A DNA stretch of 64,000 bases from Haliotis rubra. Its lineage: Eukaryota. Below the pieces are notes generated by a model, which saw only the letters and a program-made list of their open reading frames with translations, did not search any database and was not told where the DNA came from. This document shows positions 38,781 through 52,789 of this stretch, piece by piece. Numbering within the stretch: the stretch's first letter is position 1; each line of letters starts with the position of its first letter. Made by a program: the position numbers and the translations under genes. The stretch spans positions 1-64,000 of the forward strand of contig NW_025765942.1 of NCBI RefSeq assembly GCF_003918875.1, read 5' to 3'.

Positions 38781-39727
38781 ATGGCAGAGTTTGCCAGTTT
38801 ATTTATCGTTGTGGGAGAGAGCGCACTCCGAGTCGCTGTGCTCATGGCAGGTCGAAGATGGAACAAGTTGGCAACCTTCAGAGGAATATGTCACAGCATG
38901 AAGAAGAAACTGTGCTGCTGTGCCTGGCCAGGATATCAGGTAGGTGTCTCCAACTGCCGCTCATATATACTTAATCTACCATGGTCCTACTTGCTTCCTT
39001 CCTTCCTTCCTTTCTCCCTACCCCCTTCTCTCCTTAAGTCCTCTATCTCATTAGCATCCTCAAATTGAGTTGATTCATACATAATATTCATAGTAAAGAG
39101 TTGACCTATGATGGCATGTGAAGTTACCAATCAAATTCCATTCACACTTGGAATTCAGATTCTCAGGAAAGAAATCTGTGTCATTGACGACTTCATAATT
39201 TTAAGACTCACGCATACTATCACAATGTGGGCGGTAGGGTAGCCTAGAATAGATTTCACATAGAAGGTGAACGTTAGAATATATTCCGCATAGAAGATGA
39301 ATAAGAATATGATATATTTGGTGTAAATTACACAATTCTTTGTACTCGTCGTGTCATATGTTGAAGTTACTGTTTCCGCTGTCCTCAGTTGGTGCCACCA
39401 GACGAGGACTGGGAGGACGAGGACCGCCTGACAGAAGATGAAAGAAGGTCGTGTGTGTCAGAGAGGACCCTGTTCCTGGTGTCTCAACACGTGGGCGGGG
39501 GTTTCCAGATGCTGGGTCTGAGACTGGGGCTTCCGTACGTCAGTGTGGAGAGGTGCACGCTGTCACAGTCATCGCCTCAGATGCAGATATTCGCCATGCT
39601 GAACACGTGGAGACAGCGGAAGGGAAGACGGGCAACTGTAGAAGTCCTTGTTCAAGCCCTGTCTGACAGCATGTCGGTCTGCACGGTGGACATGCCTCAT
39701 GTCTACAGGGTGATCCGTGAAATGTAA
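38781..39727 (+). CDS. Death-domain-only protein copy 2 (exons 38781-38939, 39389-39727), 165 aa, open frame
   Basis: Only copy with an upstream in-frame ATG (MAEFASLFIVVGESALRVAVL...). Canonical GT-AG intron. Confidence 0.82.
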
Positions 39728-40122
39728 CATTGTGTGTCACCATATACATCCACGCACAGCAAGCTGCTCTCTGGGACTCATGACATACTTAAATTTATTT
39801 CAAGTTCACTGCAGTTTTGCGAGATGTTGTTGAGAAGGATAACTCACCCACCACTATTTTTATTGTAATATTTCAGTAATGTCGATGTGTCCCTCCCATG
39901 ATGTCTTGGACTCCGTGTAAACGTGGGATATTTTATGAAGGTGTTGACCTAATAAAGCTCTAAAGTCTTGTTCTCTTGTGTGTCTCTCTTTAAGAGTAAA
40001 TGAAGCGTGTGGTTGTAACGTGCTGTTGAAGACCGTGAATTAAGTTCTGGTTTAACCTGTACAAACAGACATGCGGTCACAAGCAGCATGTCCGTGAAAT
40101 GTAAATATGTTTCCTAATAAAC

Positions 40123-40308
40123 GGGGCGGTGGGGTGGTGGGGTGGTGGGGGTGGGGGTAGCGTAGTGGTTAAAGCGTTCGTTCGTCACGCCGAAGACCCG
40201 GGTTCGATTCCCCACATTGGTAGAATATGTGAAGCCCATTTGTGGTGTCCCCCGCCTTGATATAGCTGGAATATTGCTAAAAGCGGCGTGAAACTAAACT
40301 CACTCACT
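40123..40308 (+). mobile_element. tRNA-derived SINE family B, full length, with an expanded G-rich 5' end
   Basis: TAGCGTAGTGG (A box), GGTTCGATTCCC (B box), (CACT)n tail. Absent at the equivalent position of the other units. Confidence 0.9.
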
Positions 40309-41099
40309 TATAAAACCTAACACTACGTCCAGATGCACCTTATCTTCATGTTTGTATAACCGTTGTGGAGAGAGGTATCCGTGCCATGTAGCGCAGTTGA
40401 AGACAGTGAATAAGTGCGTGTTCAAGCCAATTAGCATGGGATTCTGGATAACTGGAACATGATCACAGAAACCCAACCCCCTACCCTCGAACATAGAGAG
40501 CGCACGCACGCAAGCACGCACAGCGCAGACACTGGGACGCCATGTTGTATGGCCTATTTACGTATCATGAACACTGTGCATTGCTATTTGGCGGAATGGG
40601 AGGCTATCCGTGAAAAGTAGCACACGTAACCAGGAAGCTGTTTAAATCACACCAGTTTTCATTGTGACTGTGTATTAGAAACTGTTCGTCATGGTGAACA
40701 TTATGACACACTTGTCTGTCAACTGATCTGCCCGTGAAGGTCCGGGTTAGAATTGTTCTGTAGTAACCCATACTTGTCGTAAGAGGCGGCTAACAGGATC
40801 GGGTGAACAGGCTCACTGACTTGGTTGACACGTCATCGTATCCCAAATGAGTAGATCGATGCTCATGCTGTTGATTAGCGTTAAATCTCACCTCTGACTA
40901 CATCGATAATTTACATATTATAGTAAACAGCGTTAATCTCATCACTGCCTAAATCGATCCATTCGCGGTTTAGAAAAGAAAACTGAAATTACAATTTGCG
41001 GATTACAAAGCACGGACCCATTCAGTGTCAACGATACGGCGGGTGTATTTTAAATGCGAATTTACTGGCGTCATATCAGATGAATAAGCAGTCTACGAA

Positions 41100-41565
41100 A
41101 ATGTATTGGCTGTTCCAGTCACGTGATCATTTCAGTGTCAGTATAGCTAACGCCTTGAGCGCGCATCGAGCACACAAAGTGGAAGGTAACGCACCTGTTC
41201 AAATGAGTCCCGGAGTCTGATCATGAAGGTAGGTGACTTCAGGCATCGTTCCACATTGACGTTAGCGACGCGACTATCAACCTCTATGTAAAAGTTTATC
41301 GGCTTAAGGTCAATTATTGTCTTAGGACGATAGCACTGTTGATTACTTCCTTGACAGTATTTGGAAATTGAACCATGTCTGTGTGAGATAAGTACGCATG
41401 GTACTACTCTGTTAACTCTGGTTATAAATGTGTTGGTGTCTAGTTAAAAGAGTTTCTAATCAATTCTTTTCTTCGCTGCACCTCTAAGGCATGACGGGGT
41501 TCTATTTATAGATGGGAATTTCCACGCGCTTGATCAATGGGTATTTTTAACACATGGGATTTCCG
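41100..41565 (+). promoter_or_regulatory. Putative promoter or first-exon block with NF-kB-type sites (duplicated at ~59560-60025)
   Basis: ATTGG (reverse CCAAT), TCACGTGA E-box, ATGAAG|GTAGGT donor at ~41228, CTATTTATAG (MEF2-type) at 41502-41511, GGGAATTTCC at 41514-41523, GGGATTTCC at 41556-41564. Motif matches only. Confidence 0.4.
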
Positions 41566-41691
41566 GGACATGTTTGTGTTGCTACAATGAGAAGACCAGC
41601 GTTAAACATTTAAATTGGTAAGAACCTCAGCGCTGGCGTGGCATGAACCTTAAATATATACATAATAATTCCTTTAGCATGAGAGAAAGAT

Positions 41692-41931
41692 TTGGTTGGG
41701 TTGTTGTTTTACGCCGCACTCAGCAATATTCCAGCTATATGGCGGCGGGCTGTAAAGAATCGAGTCTGAACAGACAGTACAGTGATCAACAGCATGAGCA
41801 TCGATCTACGCAATTGGGATACGATGACATGTGTCAACCAAGTCAGCAAGCCTGACCACCCGATCCCGTTAGTCGCCTCTTACGACAAGCATGGGTTACT
41901 GAAGACCCATTCTAACCCGGATCGTCACGGG
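41692..41931 (-). mobile_element. SINE family A (further copies at 43943-44176 and 60150-60390)
   Basis: Reverse complement of the element at 36624-36850. Confidence 0.85.
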
Positions 41932-44900
41932 CATTAGAGAAAGAGCTGGGCAGAAGGGAAGCTATGTACTTTGGGGGAAATTAAGCTACAGGCAAGTCAG
42001 TGGAATGTTAGATCCCGTGTGTAACTCAATAGGGTAACCAAAGGTTCTGGTAATAAAACTACGATCACTTTTATGTATACCCAGACAGTATATTGTTTTG
42101 TTCATAATATCATCCACCGGTTTGCCTACTCCAGACTGGTTAAAATAAGTGAAGTATTCCTGTATGTGGCGTTGAAATCAAACAAATCAAAGTTATATGA
42201 GAAATCCGAGAAATGTAATAAATCCTACTAGATTTGACCATGCAGGTTTACATACTGTACTATTGTACAGTATTAGTAACCATGGTAACCCTCATCTAGC
42301 CTTCCTGGAAACAACTTTGTAACTATGGTCCTTGCCACCGTAACAGAATCGCAAAACGATGAAATTATTAACTGACGAAGACAGCTGCATGTGACCCAAT
42401 ACTTCAACAGTGAAAACAAGTGATTCCGGCAATGAATATTACCTACAGCAGCCATTAAACGTGTGCAAAGTGTGCTTTACAGTAGAATTATCACTTTTAA
42501 AATCATTATTGAGTTTGACTCAGGTTGTTACATTGCGAGTATGGATTGACAGTCTGGTGACTTTGAGTGCAGTAAGAAGTCGTGCGTTCATAAGTAGGTC
42601 AATGGCGGTTTTAATACTATGCCTTCTCGGATTTCTTTAACTTTCGGTTCACGTTGGTAATTCGCATACCTTGTACCCATATAGGGAATCGAACCCAGGT
42701 CTTCAGCGTGACGAACGAACGCCTTAACCACTAGGCTACCCAACCGCCCCTAAACGGTTGTATTACAAGGGAGACATCAACGGTCCGCTCGTCGCTGCAC
42801 TACAGCTGCTGGTGGACTGGTGTAGTTCCGAATCCCTCGTGTCAAAAGGCAGTCTGACAACTTCATGCCCCAACACACAATATTGTAATACATTCCACAC
42901 ACCTCGCTGACATATAACTGGTATACATTTCATAGCCCCAACAAGGAAATCCGAACTTGTGAATGATACTATAAGATTACTATTACCGAAGACTAATAGG
43001 TCTGTGCATTTACAGCTACCTCAAAACTAAACTGATATCTTTAGCAAACTTGACCGAGCACTTCCGATTGTCATGCAAGGGAGATAACAATAGATGGAGG
43101 CATATTATAAGACTGGTCTGTCTGCCGTAGAGCGCCTGCGCCTTACTGCTGCTGGGACTTTAAGGACAGGGTACCAGTTAAGCTATGTCGTCTGCGTGCT
43201 GTCACTCTATCCGTGAAATTTTTCGGGAACGATACTGTTGATACCATTTTCTATGAAAGGGGCGAACATTTTTTCCGGTAAGATAAATATTACGTCAGCC
43301 AGTATCTTGAGGATATAACTGAATAGACGCCAGGGCGGGTATATATTCATAGACGTCTTATTTATCAGCCATAGACTTAAAGAAAATATACCATGGATGA
43401 TTCACAACATGATTCAGGCTGCACACGATCTTGTTATTTGTTAGCAGTGTGGACAGGCGAGTATTAATTTATATATCAGTGCATTAAAAGCTGTGTCAGA
43501 TTTAAGATCGTTGTTGTTGTCGTTTAGAGCCTCGGTTTATTTGAAGGCGTAGGGTATCGAAAATGGAGCTGTTTATCTGGATAAATGAGACCTGTGTGTT
43601 CAATACTTCGAATTCACCAACGCTTTCCTATCAATACTGCTGTCTGTAACCCTAAAGGGTAAACTCCATAAGAAGATGAATCCATCACGAACCATCATGA
43701 TGACATCATCGTATATATTTCATTCTAGTTTCATTTAAATAAAATGTCCTTTCCGATGTGTCTCCTGCTGGAAAAAGGGAGAGATTAATTTCTACCAAAT
43801 ATTTATTTGTGTAGAGGACAACACTGGAAACTGATTGTAAAGAAATTCGCACTCGGCAAGGTGTCAGTGTATTTAGAATATGTTGCATCACCTAGGTCTG
43901 ATAAACATAGTATAAGGTCGCAACTGATATGGGAAACATATCAGTGAGTGAGTTTAGTTTTGCCCCGCAATATTCCAGCAATATGACAAACAGTCTGTAA
44001 ATAATGGAATCTGCACCAGACAATCCAGTGATCAACAGCATGAGCATCGATCTGCACAACTGGGATACGATGAAATGTGTCAACCAAGTCAGCGAGCCTG
44101 GCCATCCGATTCCGTCAGTCGCCTCCTACGCTAAGCATGGGTTGCTGAAAATCGATTCTAATCCGGCTCTTCACATGTGATACGCCAGGAAACAAGTGTT
44201 AAGTACCATGTACACAGAGTCAAACTGTCTTTCTCTGGCAAACCAATTTAAGTCGGATTCATATAGCGATGATAATCTGCTGGCTGGAATGATATATAAA
44301 GAACCAATTCAATTCCATCAATTTTGGAGACAAAACCAAATACCGAAAATATTGAATTCTCTGTAATACTCAAAACATGTATATCACTATTCTGTGTTAT
44401 ATTATATGAACAATATTCAGACAAGGAATGACAAATGAATATTCACAAGTTCACGGTTTGGATAATGATCTCGTTTGAAGGGGGTCTGTGAATTACGATG
44501 GAAGGGATTTGGTTTGTTGTTTTAGTTAATATATCTAAAACATACATAACTACATATATATATATATATATAACATCGATTGGAAAGCGTGCAGGGTCAA
44601 TAGCAAATGGTATCTTTCAATTCATGAAGTATTCTTCACAGTTTTCGCTCTTATGCTTAATACTTTTTTTTAAAAAAGAAATTGAATTATTACATAGGTT
44701 TTGATTGATATGGCTGTACATAAATATCTGGTATTTCATAATCGGTTGATTTAATTGGCAATCCAGATTGTTAATGGCTGTATCTTAAAGTATTAAAGTA
44801 TAAAGTTAAAGTATTGTAAAATTATTGTCCTCCTGAGAGGTTAAGTTCCAAAGCTATAAAGGTCAATTTCGCTTTACCAAACATTTAAACGTAGTATATT

Positions 44901-44993
44901 CGTTGTTTTAACTAACAGCTAAAACTCGGTACAATCGCCTCTGGCTGAAGGGATGGGGTAAGTCCAGCTGGGGTCTATGCAGGTAGCAAAACC

Positions 44994-46722
44994 ACTGTAG
45001 GTCCCCATAGTCCCTAGTATGGTGATCTACCTTGAGTTGCTGGTGATCTATATATATAGTACTGTAGGTCCCAATAGTCCCTAGTATGGTGATCTACCTT
45101 GAGTTGCTGGAGATCTATATATATAGTACTGTAAGTCCCCATGGTCCCTAGTATGGTGATCTACCTTGAGTTGCTGGTGATCTATATATATAGTACTGTA
45201 GGTCCCCATAGTCCCTAGTATGGTGATCTACCTTGAGTTGCTGGTGATCTATATATATAGTACTGTAGGTCCCCATAGTCCCTAGTATGGTGATCTACCT
45301 TGAGTTGCTGGAGATCTATATATATAGTACTATAGGTCCCCATAGTCCCTAGTATGGTGATCTACCTTGAGTTGCTGGTGATCTATATATATAGTACTGT
45401 AGGTCCCCATAGTCCCTAGTATGGTGATCTACCTTGAGTTGCTGGAGATCTATATATATAGTACTGTAGGTCCCCATAGTCCCTAGTATGGTGATCTACC
45501 TTGAGTTGCTGGTGATCTATATATATAGTTCTGTAGGTCCCCATAGTGCCTAGTATGGTGATCTACCTTGAGTTGCTGGTGATCTATATATATAGTTCTG
45601 TAGGTCCCCATAGTCCCTAGTATGGTGATCTACCTTGAGTTGCTGGCGATCTATATATATAGTACTGTAGGTCCCCATAGTGCCTAGTATGGTGATCTAC
45701 CTTGAGTTGCTGGTGATCTATATATATAGTACTGTAGGTCCCAATAGTCCCTAGTATGGTGATCTACCTTCAGTTGCTGGTGATCTATATATATAGTACT
45801 GTAGGTCCCCATAGTCCCTAGTATGGTGATCTACCTTGAGTTGCTGGTGATCTATATATATAGTACTGTAGGTCCCAATAGTCCCTAGTATGGTGATCTA
45901 CCTTGAGTTGCTGGTGATCTATATATATAGTACTGTAGGTCCCAATAGTCCCTAGTATGGTGATCTACCTTGAGTTGCTGGTGATCTATATATATAGTAC
46001 TGTAGGTCCCCATAGTCCCTAGTATGGTGATCTACCTTGAGTTGCTGGTGATCTATATATATAGTACTGTAGGTCCCAATAGTCCCTAGTATGGTGATCT
46101 ACCTTCAGTTGTTGGTGATCTATATATATAGTACTGTAGGTCCCAATAGTCCCTAGTATGGTGATCTACCTTCAGTTGTTGGTGATCCATATATATAGTA
46201 CTGTACGTCCCCATAGTCCCTAGTATGGTGATCTACCTTCAGTTGTTGGTGATCTATATATATAGTACTGTAGGTCCCCATAGTCCCTAGTATGGTGATC
46301 TACCTTCAGTTGTTGGTGATCTATATATATAGTACTGTAGGTCCCCATAGTCCCTAGTATGGTGATCTACCTTGAGTTGCTGGTGATCTATATATATAGT
46401 ACTGTAGGTCCCAATAGTCCCTAGTATGGTGATCTACCTTGAGTTGCTGGTGATCTATATATATAGTACTGTAGGTCCCCATAGTCCCTAGTATGGTGAT
46501 CTACCTTCAGTTGTTGGTGATCTATATATATAGTACTGTAGGTCCCAATAGTCCCTAGTATGGTGATCTACCTTGAGTTGCTGGTGATCTATATATATAG
46601 TACTGTAGGTCCCCATAGTCCCTAGTATGGTGATCTACCTTCAGTTGCTGGTGATCTATATATATAGTACTGTAGGTCCCCATAGTCCCTAGTATGGTGA
46701 TCTACCTTGAGTTGCTGGTGAT
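44994..46722. repeat. 67-bp minisatellite, ~26 highly homogeneous copies
   Basis: Unit TAGTACTGTAGGTCCCCATAGTCCCTAGTATGGTGATCTACCTTGAGTTGCTGGTGATCTATATATA; period 45001 to 45068. Confidence 0.97.
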
Positions 46723-47452
46723 ACTCAGCCCGTTTTTAATCTTGTATTGTCCTGATTCATATCAGATTTTAAAGATAGATGCAAGTTTAATTTAATTCTT
46801 GATACTGTGATATTCTAGTTGGTTTTACTGTCCTACAGTTTTGTATTTATCATAAATGTATAACTGGTTTTAGTCACGATATGGCTGAAATACTGCTGAT
46901 GTGACTCTAAACTCTTACTCACTCACTCTCTCATGTGCAGGTAGGACTTGGTGATCTGGTCCAACTGGCTTACTTTAGTGTAGAGACGGATATCAGTCAT
47001 GAAGTGATCCGCATCAGATCATTTCAAATGATGATCTGTGAAGTATAGGGACATGTTTACAATTTACGGAACTGAAAGTCTCTGAATGGTTTTGACATTA
47101 CATTACATTACATGATAACATACCTGTGACAAATACAAAAGTAGTCCCCTTTGTCGTTTTGAGTGTCTTAAGAGTGTTTGGGGAAGTTCAACACGTTCAA
47201 CTACAGCGTTAAGACAAACTCTGTGCAACCCCAGAATCCGGAAAGTGTATCAATATTTGGAACAAGTTTCACGGAACAGTTCACGGATCAGTTATATATA
47301 GCATTACAATGTTAGTTTCGTATGCATGTCATTATAACAATAGATCCGCAGATTCACACATTCCGTTTTACCTTACATAACGTAGAGATATATCAGAGTT
47401 TGCCAGTTTATCTATCGTTGTGGGAGAGAGCGCACCTCGGGGCGCTGTGCTC

Positions 47453-48136
47453 ATGGCAGGTCGAAGATGGAACAAGTTGGCAACCTTCAGAGGACTATGT
47501 CACAGCATGAAGAAGAAACTGTGCTGCTGTGCCTGGCCAGGATATCAGGTAGGTGTCTCCAACTGCCGCTCATATATACTTAATCTACCATGGTCCTACT
47601 TGCTTCCTTCCTTCCTTTCTCCCTACCCTCCTCTCTCCTTAAGTCCTCTACCACATTAGCATCCTCAAATTGAGTTGATTCATTCATAATATTCATAGTA
47701 AAGAAATGATGAATATGAATATGATATATTTGGCGTAAATAACACATTTCTGTGTACTCGTCGTGTCATTGAAAATGCTGTTTTCCCCTGTCCTCAGTTG
47801 GTGCCACCAGACGAGGACTGGGAGGACGAGGACCGCCTGACAGAAGATGAAAGAAGGTCGTGTGTGTCAGAGAGGACCCTGTTCCTGGTGTCTCAACACG
47901 TGGGCGGGGGTTTCCAGATGCTGGGTCTGAGACTGGGGCTTCCGTACGTCAGTGTGGAGAGGTGCACGCTGTCACAGTCATCGCCTCAAATGCAGATATT
48001 CGTCATGCTGAACACGTGGAGACAGCGGAAGGGAAGACGGGCAACTGTTGAAGTCCTTGTTCAAGCCCTGTCTGACAGCATGTCGGTCTGCACGGTGGAC
48101 ATGCCTCATGTCTACAGGGTGATCCGTGAAATGTAA
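47453..48136 (+). CDS. Death-domain-only protein copy 3 (exons 47453-47548, 47798-48136), open frame
   Basis: Same structure; intron is ~200 bp shorter than in the other copies. Confidence 0.8.
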
Positions 48137-51100
48137 CAATGTGTGTCACCATATAGATCTACGTACAGCAAGCAGCTCTCTGGGACTCATGACATACTTA
48201 AATTTATTTCAAGTTCACTGCAGTTTTGCGAGATGTTGTTGAGAAGTATCAGTAATATTTCAGTAATGTCGATGTGTCCCTCCCATGATGTCTTGGACTC
48301 CGTGTAAACGTGGTTTATGTTATGAAGGTGTTGACCTAATAAAGTCTTACAATGTTCTGTTTTGTGTCTATTCTTTAAGTGAGAGAGTGAGTATTGTTTT
48401 AGGTCGCGTTTAGCAACACTCCAGCAATATCACGGTGGAGGACACCAGAAATGGGCTTCACATATTGTACCGATGTGGGGAATCGAACCCCGCATGACGA
48501 GCCAACACTTTAACCAAGAGGCTACCCCATCGCCCTTTCTCTTTAAGAATGAATAAAGCATATGGGTTTAACGCACTGTTGAAGACAGTGAATAAAGTTT
48601 AGGTTTAACCCGTACAAACAGACATGCAGTCACATGCCGCATGTGAACAGGTTGGTCCGTGAAATGTAACATTACTAGAGACAGACATATGACTTCCTGA
48701 ATGTATAATTACATGTATGAACGACAAGTTTCCTTAATGTTGATCGAATTTGTACGTTACTTTTGTGAGAAAGATTACCCAAATCATTACTTTCTTCGAT
48801 TGTAAACAGTGCTCATCTATCCCTGCTATGATTTAAAACCTTTACACTTTGGTTTTGTGTATCCACTGGATGTTTGTGAATATATTTCCTGATAAAACTT
48901 AAGACTACTGCCAGATGCACCTTTTCTTCATTTTTGTGTAACCGTTGTGGAGAGAATGATCCGTGCGAGGTAACGCAGTTAAGATAGTGAATAAGTGCGG
49001 GTTCACGCCCTGTCTGATAGCATGGCTGTGTTCACTGTAGACTGGCCTCATGTATACAGGTATATCAGATACACAGGGCTACTGAGAATCTGGATACCTA
49101 GAACATGATGATGTACTGAATATGGCGTCATACTTCACGACCGGTTATAATTACTCCATTGTTGTCATTCAACTGTTACAAAAGGAGCTTACAGTTGTTT
49201 TACTTTTGTAGTTCAGTAAGAGTAAACTTTCTGGTTATGCATCTTTTTTAGTCACTCTACTTTGAAATTTCGAAATGCAGATAACAACACTGACATGAAT
49301 GTTTCATTTTGAAGCAGCAGTCGTGGGCTTCTGGTAGACATAGCAGACAAAGTTGTGGACAGACACACCCACAGACTCCTCCCCCCCTCCCTTTCCCCTT
49401 TCAACATACACCCCCGAATATAGAAAGTGCACGTACGTACACACACGCACGCACACAAACGCACGCGCGCACGTCCGCACACGCACAACGCAGAGACTGG
49501 AACGCCATATTATATGTCCTATTAACGTATCATGAACACTGTGCATTGCTATTTGGCGGAATGGGAGGCTATCCGTGAAATGTAACACACGTAATCAGAT
49601 TGCTGTTTCTAAATAGCACCAGTTGACATTAATTGTGACTGTGTATTAGAAACTGTTCGTCATGGTGACCATTATGACACACTTGTCTGTAAACTTATCT
49701 GCCCGTGAAGATCCGGGTTATAATTGATCTTCATTAACACATGCTCGTCGTAAAAGGCGACTATCGGGATCGGGTGGTGAGGTTCGCTGACTGGGTTGAC
49801 CCATGTCATCGGTTCCCAATTGCACAGGTCCTTGCTCATGCTGTTGATCACTTGATTGTCTGGTACTGACTGAATTATTTGCAGACGGACGCCATATGGC
49901 TGGAATATTGCTGAGTGCAGCGTAAAACTAAACTCACTCACTCTGTGAACCTACTGAAGTTCGATAAGGGAGCGAGGCCAAACATCCGTTAAATAGCAGC
50001 ATTGTAATAAGCTTTAGAGAGTCGCCCTTACACGTGTGTTCTTTTGTTTGCAAATAATAATTATGCTGTGGACACAGACGATTGCTCAGTACACTGCTTG
50101 TCTAGTTTAAAATGTATCGAAAATACATTTTCATTGTTAGGTGCGTTTATACAATATTTATAAGAAATAAATTAAACTAAAAGAGAGAACTGGCTTGTGG
50201 ACATATTAATGGCGTTGACAGATTGAACATAGCGTGATATACTTTAATTGAACAAGGACAAGTTGTTTGAATTAAATTCTTTACAGTTTAAAACCTACTA
50301 TACAAATGTTGGCATAACATAATGCTTACTGTTTACACAGACACGCCCATAATGTGTGCATCAGAGACCATATTTATGGGGCTAGTGCGTTGTGTAAGTG
50401 CATCCCATGCATTGTGTTTAGGGGTGGTGATAAACAGAAATGGTGGTGCGTTCATACGATGTCTGTCTTTGAAACGTTTGTTAACGCTTATACTTCCTAT
50501 CCAAAGTGAAAGTTTAGGTTCCCGTGTATATTTCAGAGTATATTATACTACCTCAAAACTAAACTGTTAACAAATGCAGTTTAGCGAACTTAACCCAGCA
50601 TTTCCGATTGTAATATAAGGGAGATAACACTAGGTGCGGGTATATTTTTAGACTGGTTTGTCTGTCGTAGAGCGCACGCACCTTACCGCTGCTGGGACTT
50701 TGGGTCACACAACACCAAATGTTTTCCCATAGACTTCTATTGTAAAGTTGTATATTTCTTTAAATCATCCAGGCTGTCAACAACCATTCCATGTACATAT
50801 GTGTACAGTCTGGACTTTAAACTACAGTACAAAACCCACAAATCCCGGCTAAGTTATCGTGCTAATTTTCCCAGCACAGGAAGCTGAACACATCAACCCC
50901 ATTTCTCCACCAAATATCGCCTACATGAAAATGTCTGTACACACAATAAGCATAAGTCGTGGTGATAAAAATGACAGCACTAAATACTTAATATTATTAT
51001 AGGTTTTAATTGCTGGATGGATGTGCTTTTAAAAAACCATAAAAATCTTACACTATTTCATCCCACCACATCTGTCACATGTCTCTATCTCTTCAGATGT

Positions 51101-51913
51101 TTACATACTATACTCGCTCAGGGCGCTTGTCCTTCTCATTTAGTGTAGTGGAACCTGTAAGGACAGGGTACAGGTCTAGCTATGTCGTCTGCTGTCAACA
51201 TATCTGTGAAGTCTGTTGTGACTATATCCGTGAAACTGTTAGGGGACGATACTGTAGACAACATTATTTTCACAGACCACCCTGTATACATGTGACCGTG
51301 ACCGCATATCTGTTTGCACGGGTTAAACCCGAACTTCAGTCACTGTCTTCCACAGTACGTTACACACACATGCTTCATTCATTCTTAAAGAGAGACACTA
51401 AACTCAAGATGAAGAAAACATTGTAAGTCTTTAATGCTTCATTAGGCTAACACCTTCATAGAATATCTCATGTTTACACCTTGTCAAATGATGATCCGTG
51501 AAGCATGAGGCCATGCTTACAATTTACGGAACTGAAAGTCTCTGAATGGCTTTGACATTACATTACATTACATGATAACATACCTGTGACAAATAAAAAA
51601 GTAGTCGCCTTTGTGGTTTTGAGTTTCTTAAGTGTTTTTGGGGATGTTCAATACGTTTAACTACAGCGTTCAGACAAACTCTCTGCAACCCCAGAATCCG
51701 GAAAGTGTATCACTATTTGGAACAAGGTCCACGGATCAGTTATAAATAGCTTTACAATGTTAACGTGTTTCTAGTTTCGTATGCATGTCATTATAACAAA
51801 AGATCCGCGGATATTCAGACAATCCGTTCTACCCTACATAACGTAGAGATATATCAGAGTTTGCCAGTGTATCTATCATTGTGGGAGAGAGCGCACTTCG
51901 AGGCACTGTGCCC

Positions 51914-52789
51914 ATGGCAGGTCGAAGATGGAACAGGTTGGCAACCTTCAGAGGAATATGTCACCGCATGAAGAAGAAGCTGTGCTGCTGTGGCTGGCCA
52001 GGATATCAGGTAGGTGTCTCCAACTGCCGCTCATATATACTTAATCTACCATGGTCCTACTTGCTTCCTTCCTTCCTTTCTCCCTACTCCCCTCTCTCCT
52101 TAAGTCCTTTACCACATTAGCATCCTCAAATTGAGTTGATTCGCTCTTAATATTCATAGTAAAGAGTTGACCTATGATGGCATGTGAAGTTACCAATCAA
52201 ATTCCATTCACATTTGGAATTCAGATTCTCAGGGAAACAAATCTATGTTATTGATGACTTCATAATTTTAAGACTCACGCATACAATCACAATGCGGGCG
52301 GTGGGGTAGCCTAGAATAAATTTCTCATAGAAGGTGAACGTTTGAATATATTCCGCATAGAAGATGAATATGATATATTTGGCGTAAATTACACAATTCT
52401 TTGTACTCGTCGTGTCATATGTTGAAGATTCTGTTTTGCCCTGTCGTCAGTTGGTGCCACCAGACGAGGACTGGTAGGACGAGGACCGCCTGACAGAAGA
52501 TGAAAGAAGTTCGTGTGTGTCAGAGAGGACCCTGTTCCTGGTGTCTCAACACGTGGGCGGGTTTTTCCAGATGCTGGGTCTGAGACTGGGGCTTCCGTAC
52601 GTCAGTGTGGAGAGGTGCACGCTGTCACAGTCATCGCCTCAGATGCAGATATTCGCCATGCTGAACACGTGGAGACAGCGGAAGGGAAGACGGGCAACTG
52701 TTGAAGTCCTGGTTCAAGCCCTGTCTGACAGCATGTCGGTCTGCACGGTGGACATGCCTCATGTCTACAGGGTGATCCGTGAAATGTAA
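51914..52789 (+). pseudogene. Death-domain gene copy 4 with a premature stop (exons 51914-52009, 52451-52789)
   Basis: GAG>TAG at 52475-52477 (DEDW*), upstream of the death domain. Confidence 0.8.

Noticed and set aside
40150-40220. tRNA-like sequence with A and B boxes
   Set aside because: It is the head of a multi-copy SINE with a conserved body and simple-repeat tail, not a tRNA gene.
44994-46722. Regular repeat arrays (here and at 1-955, 26975-28912) as possible CRISPR arrays
   Set aside because: No unique spacers, no cas genes, and a eukaryotic context with spliceosomal introns.
44919-47020. Possible orphan exons 44919-44957 (KTRYNRLWLKGW) and 46941 onward (VGLGDLVQLAYFSVETD)
   Set aside because: Splice signals are plausible, but the phases are incompatible (joining gives an immediate stop) and I recognise no family.
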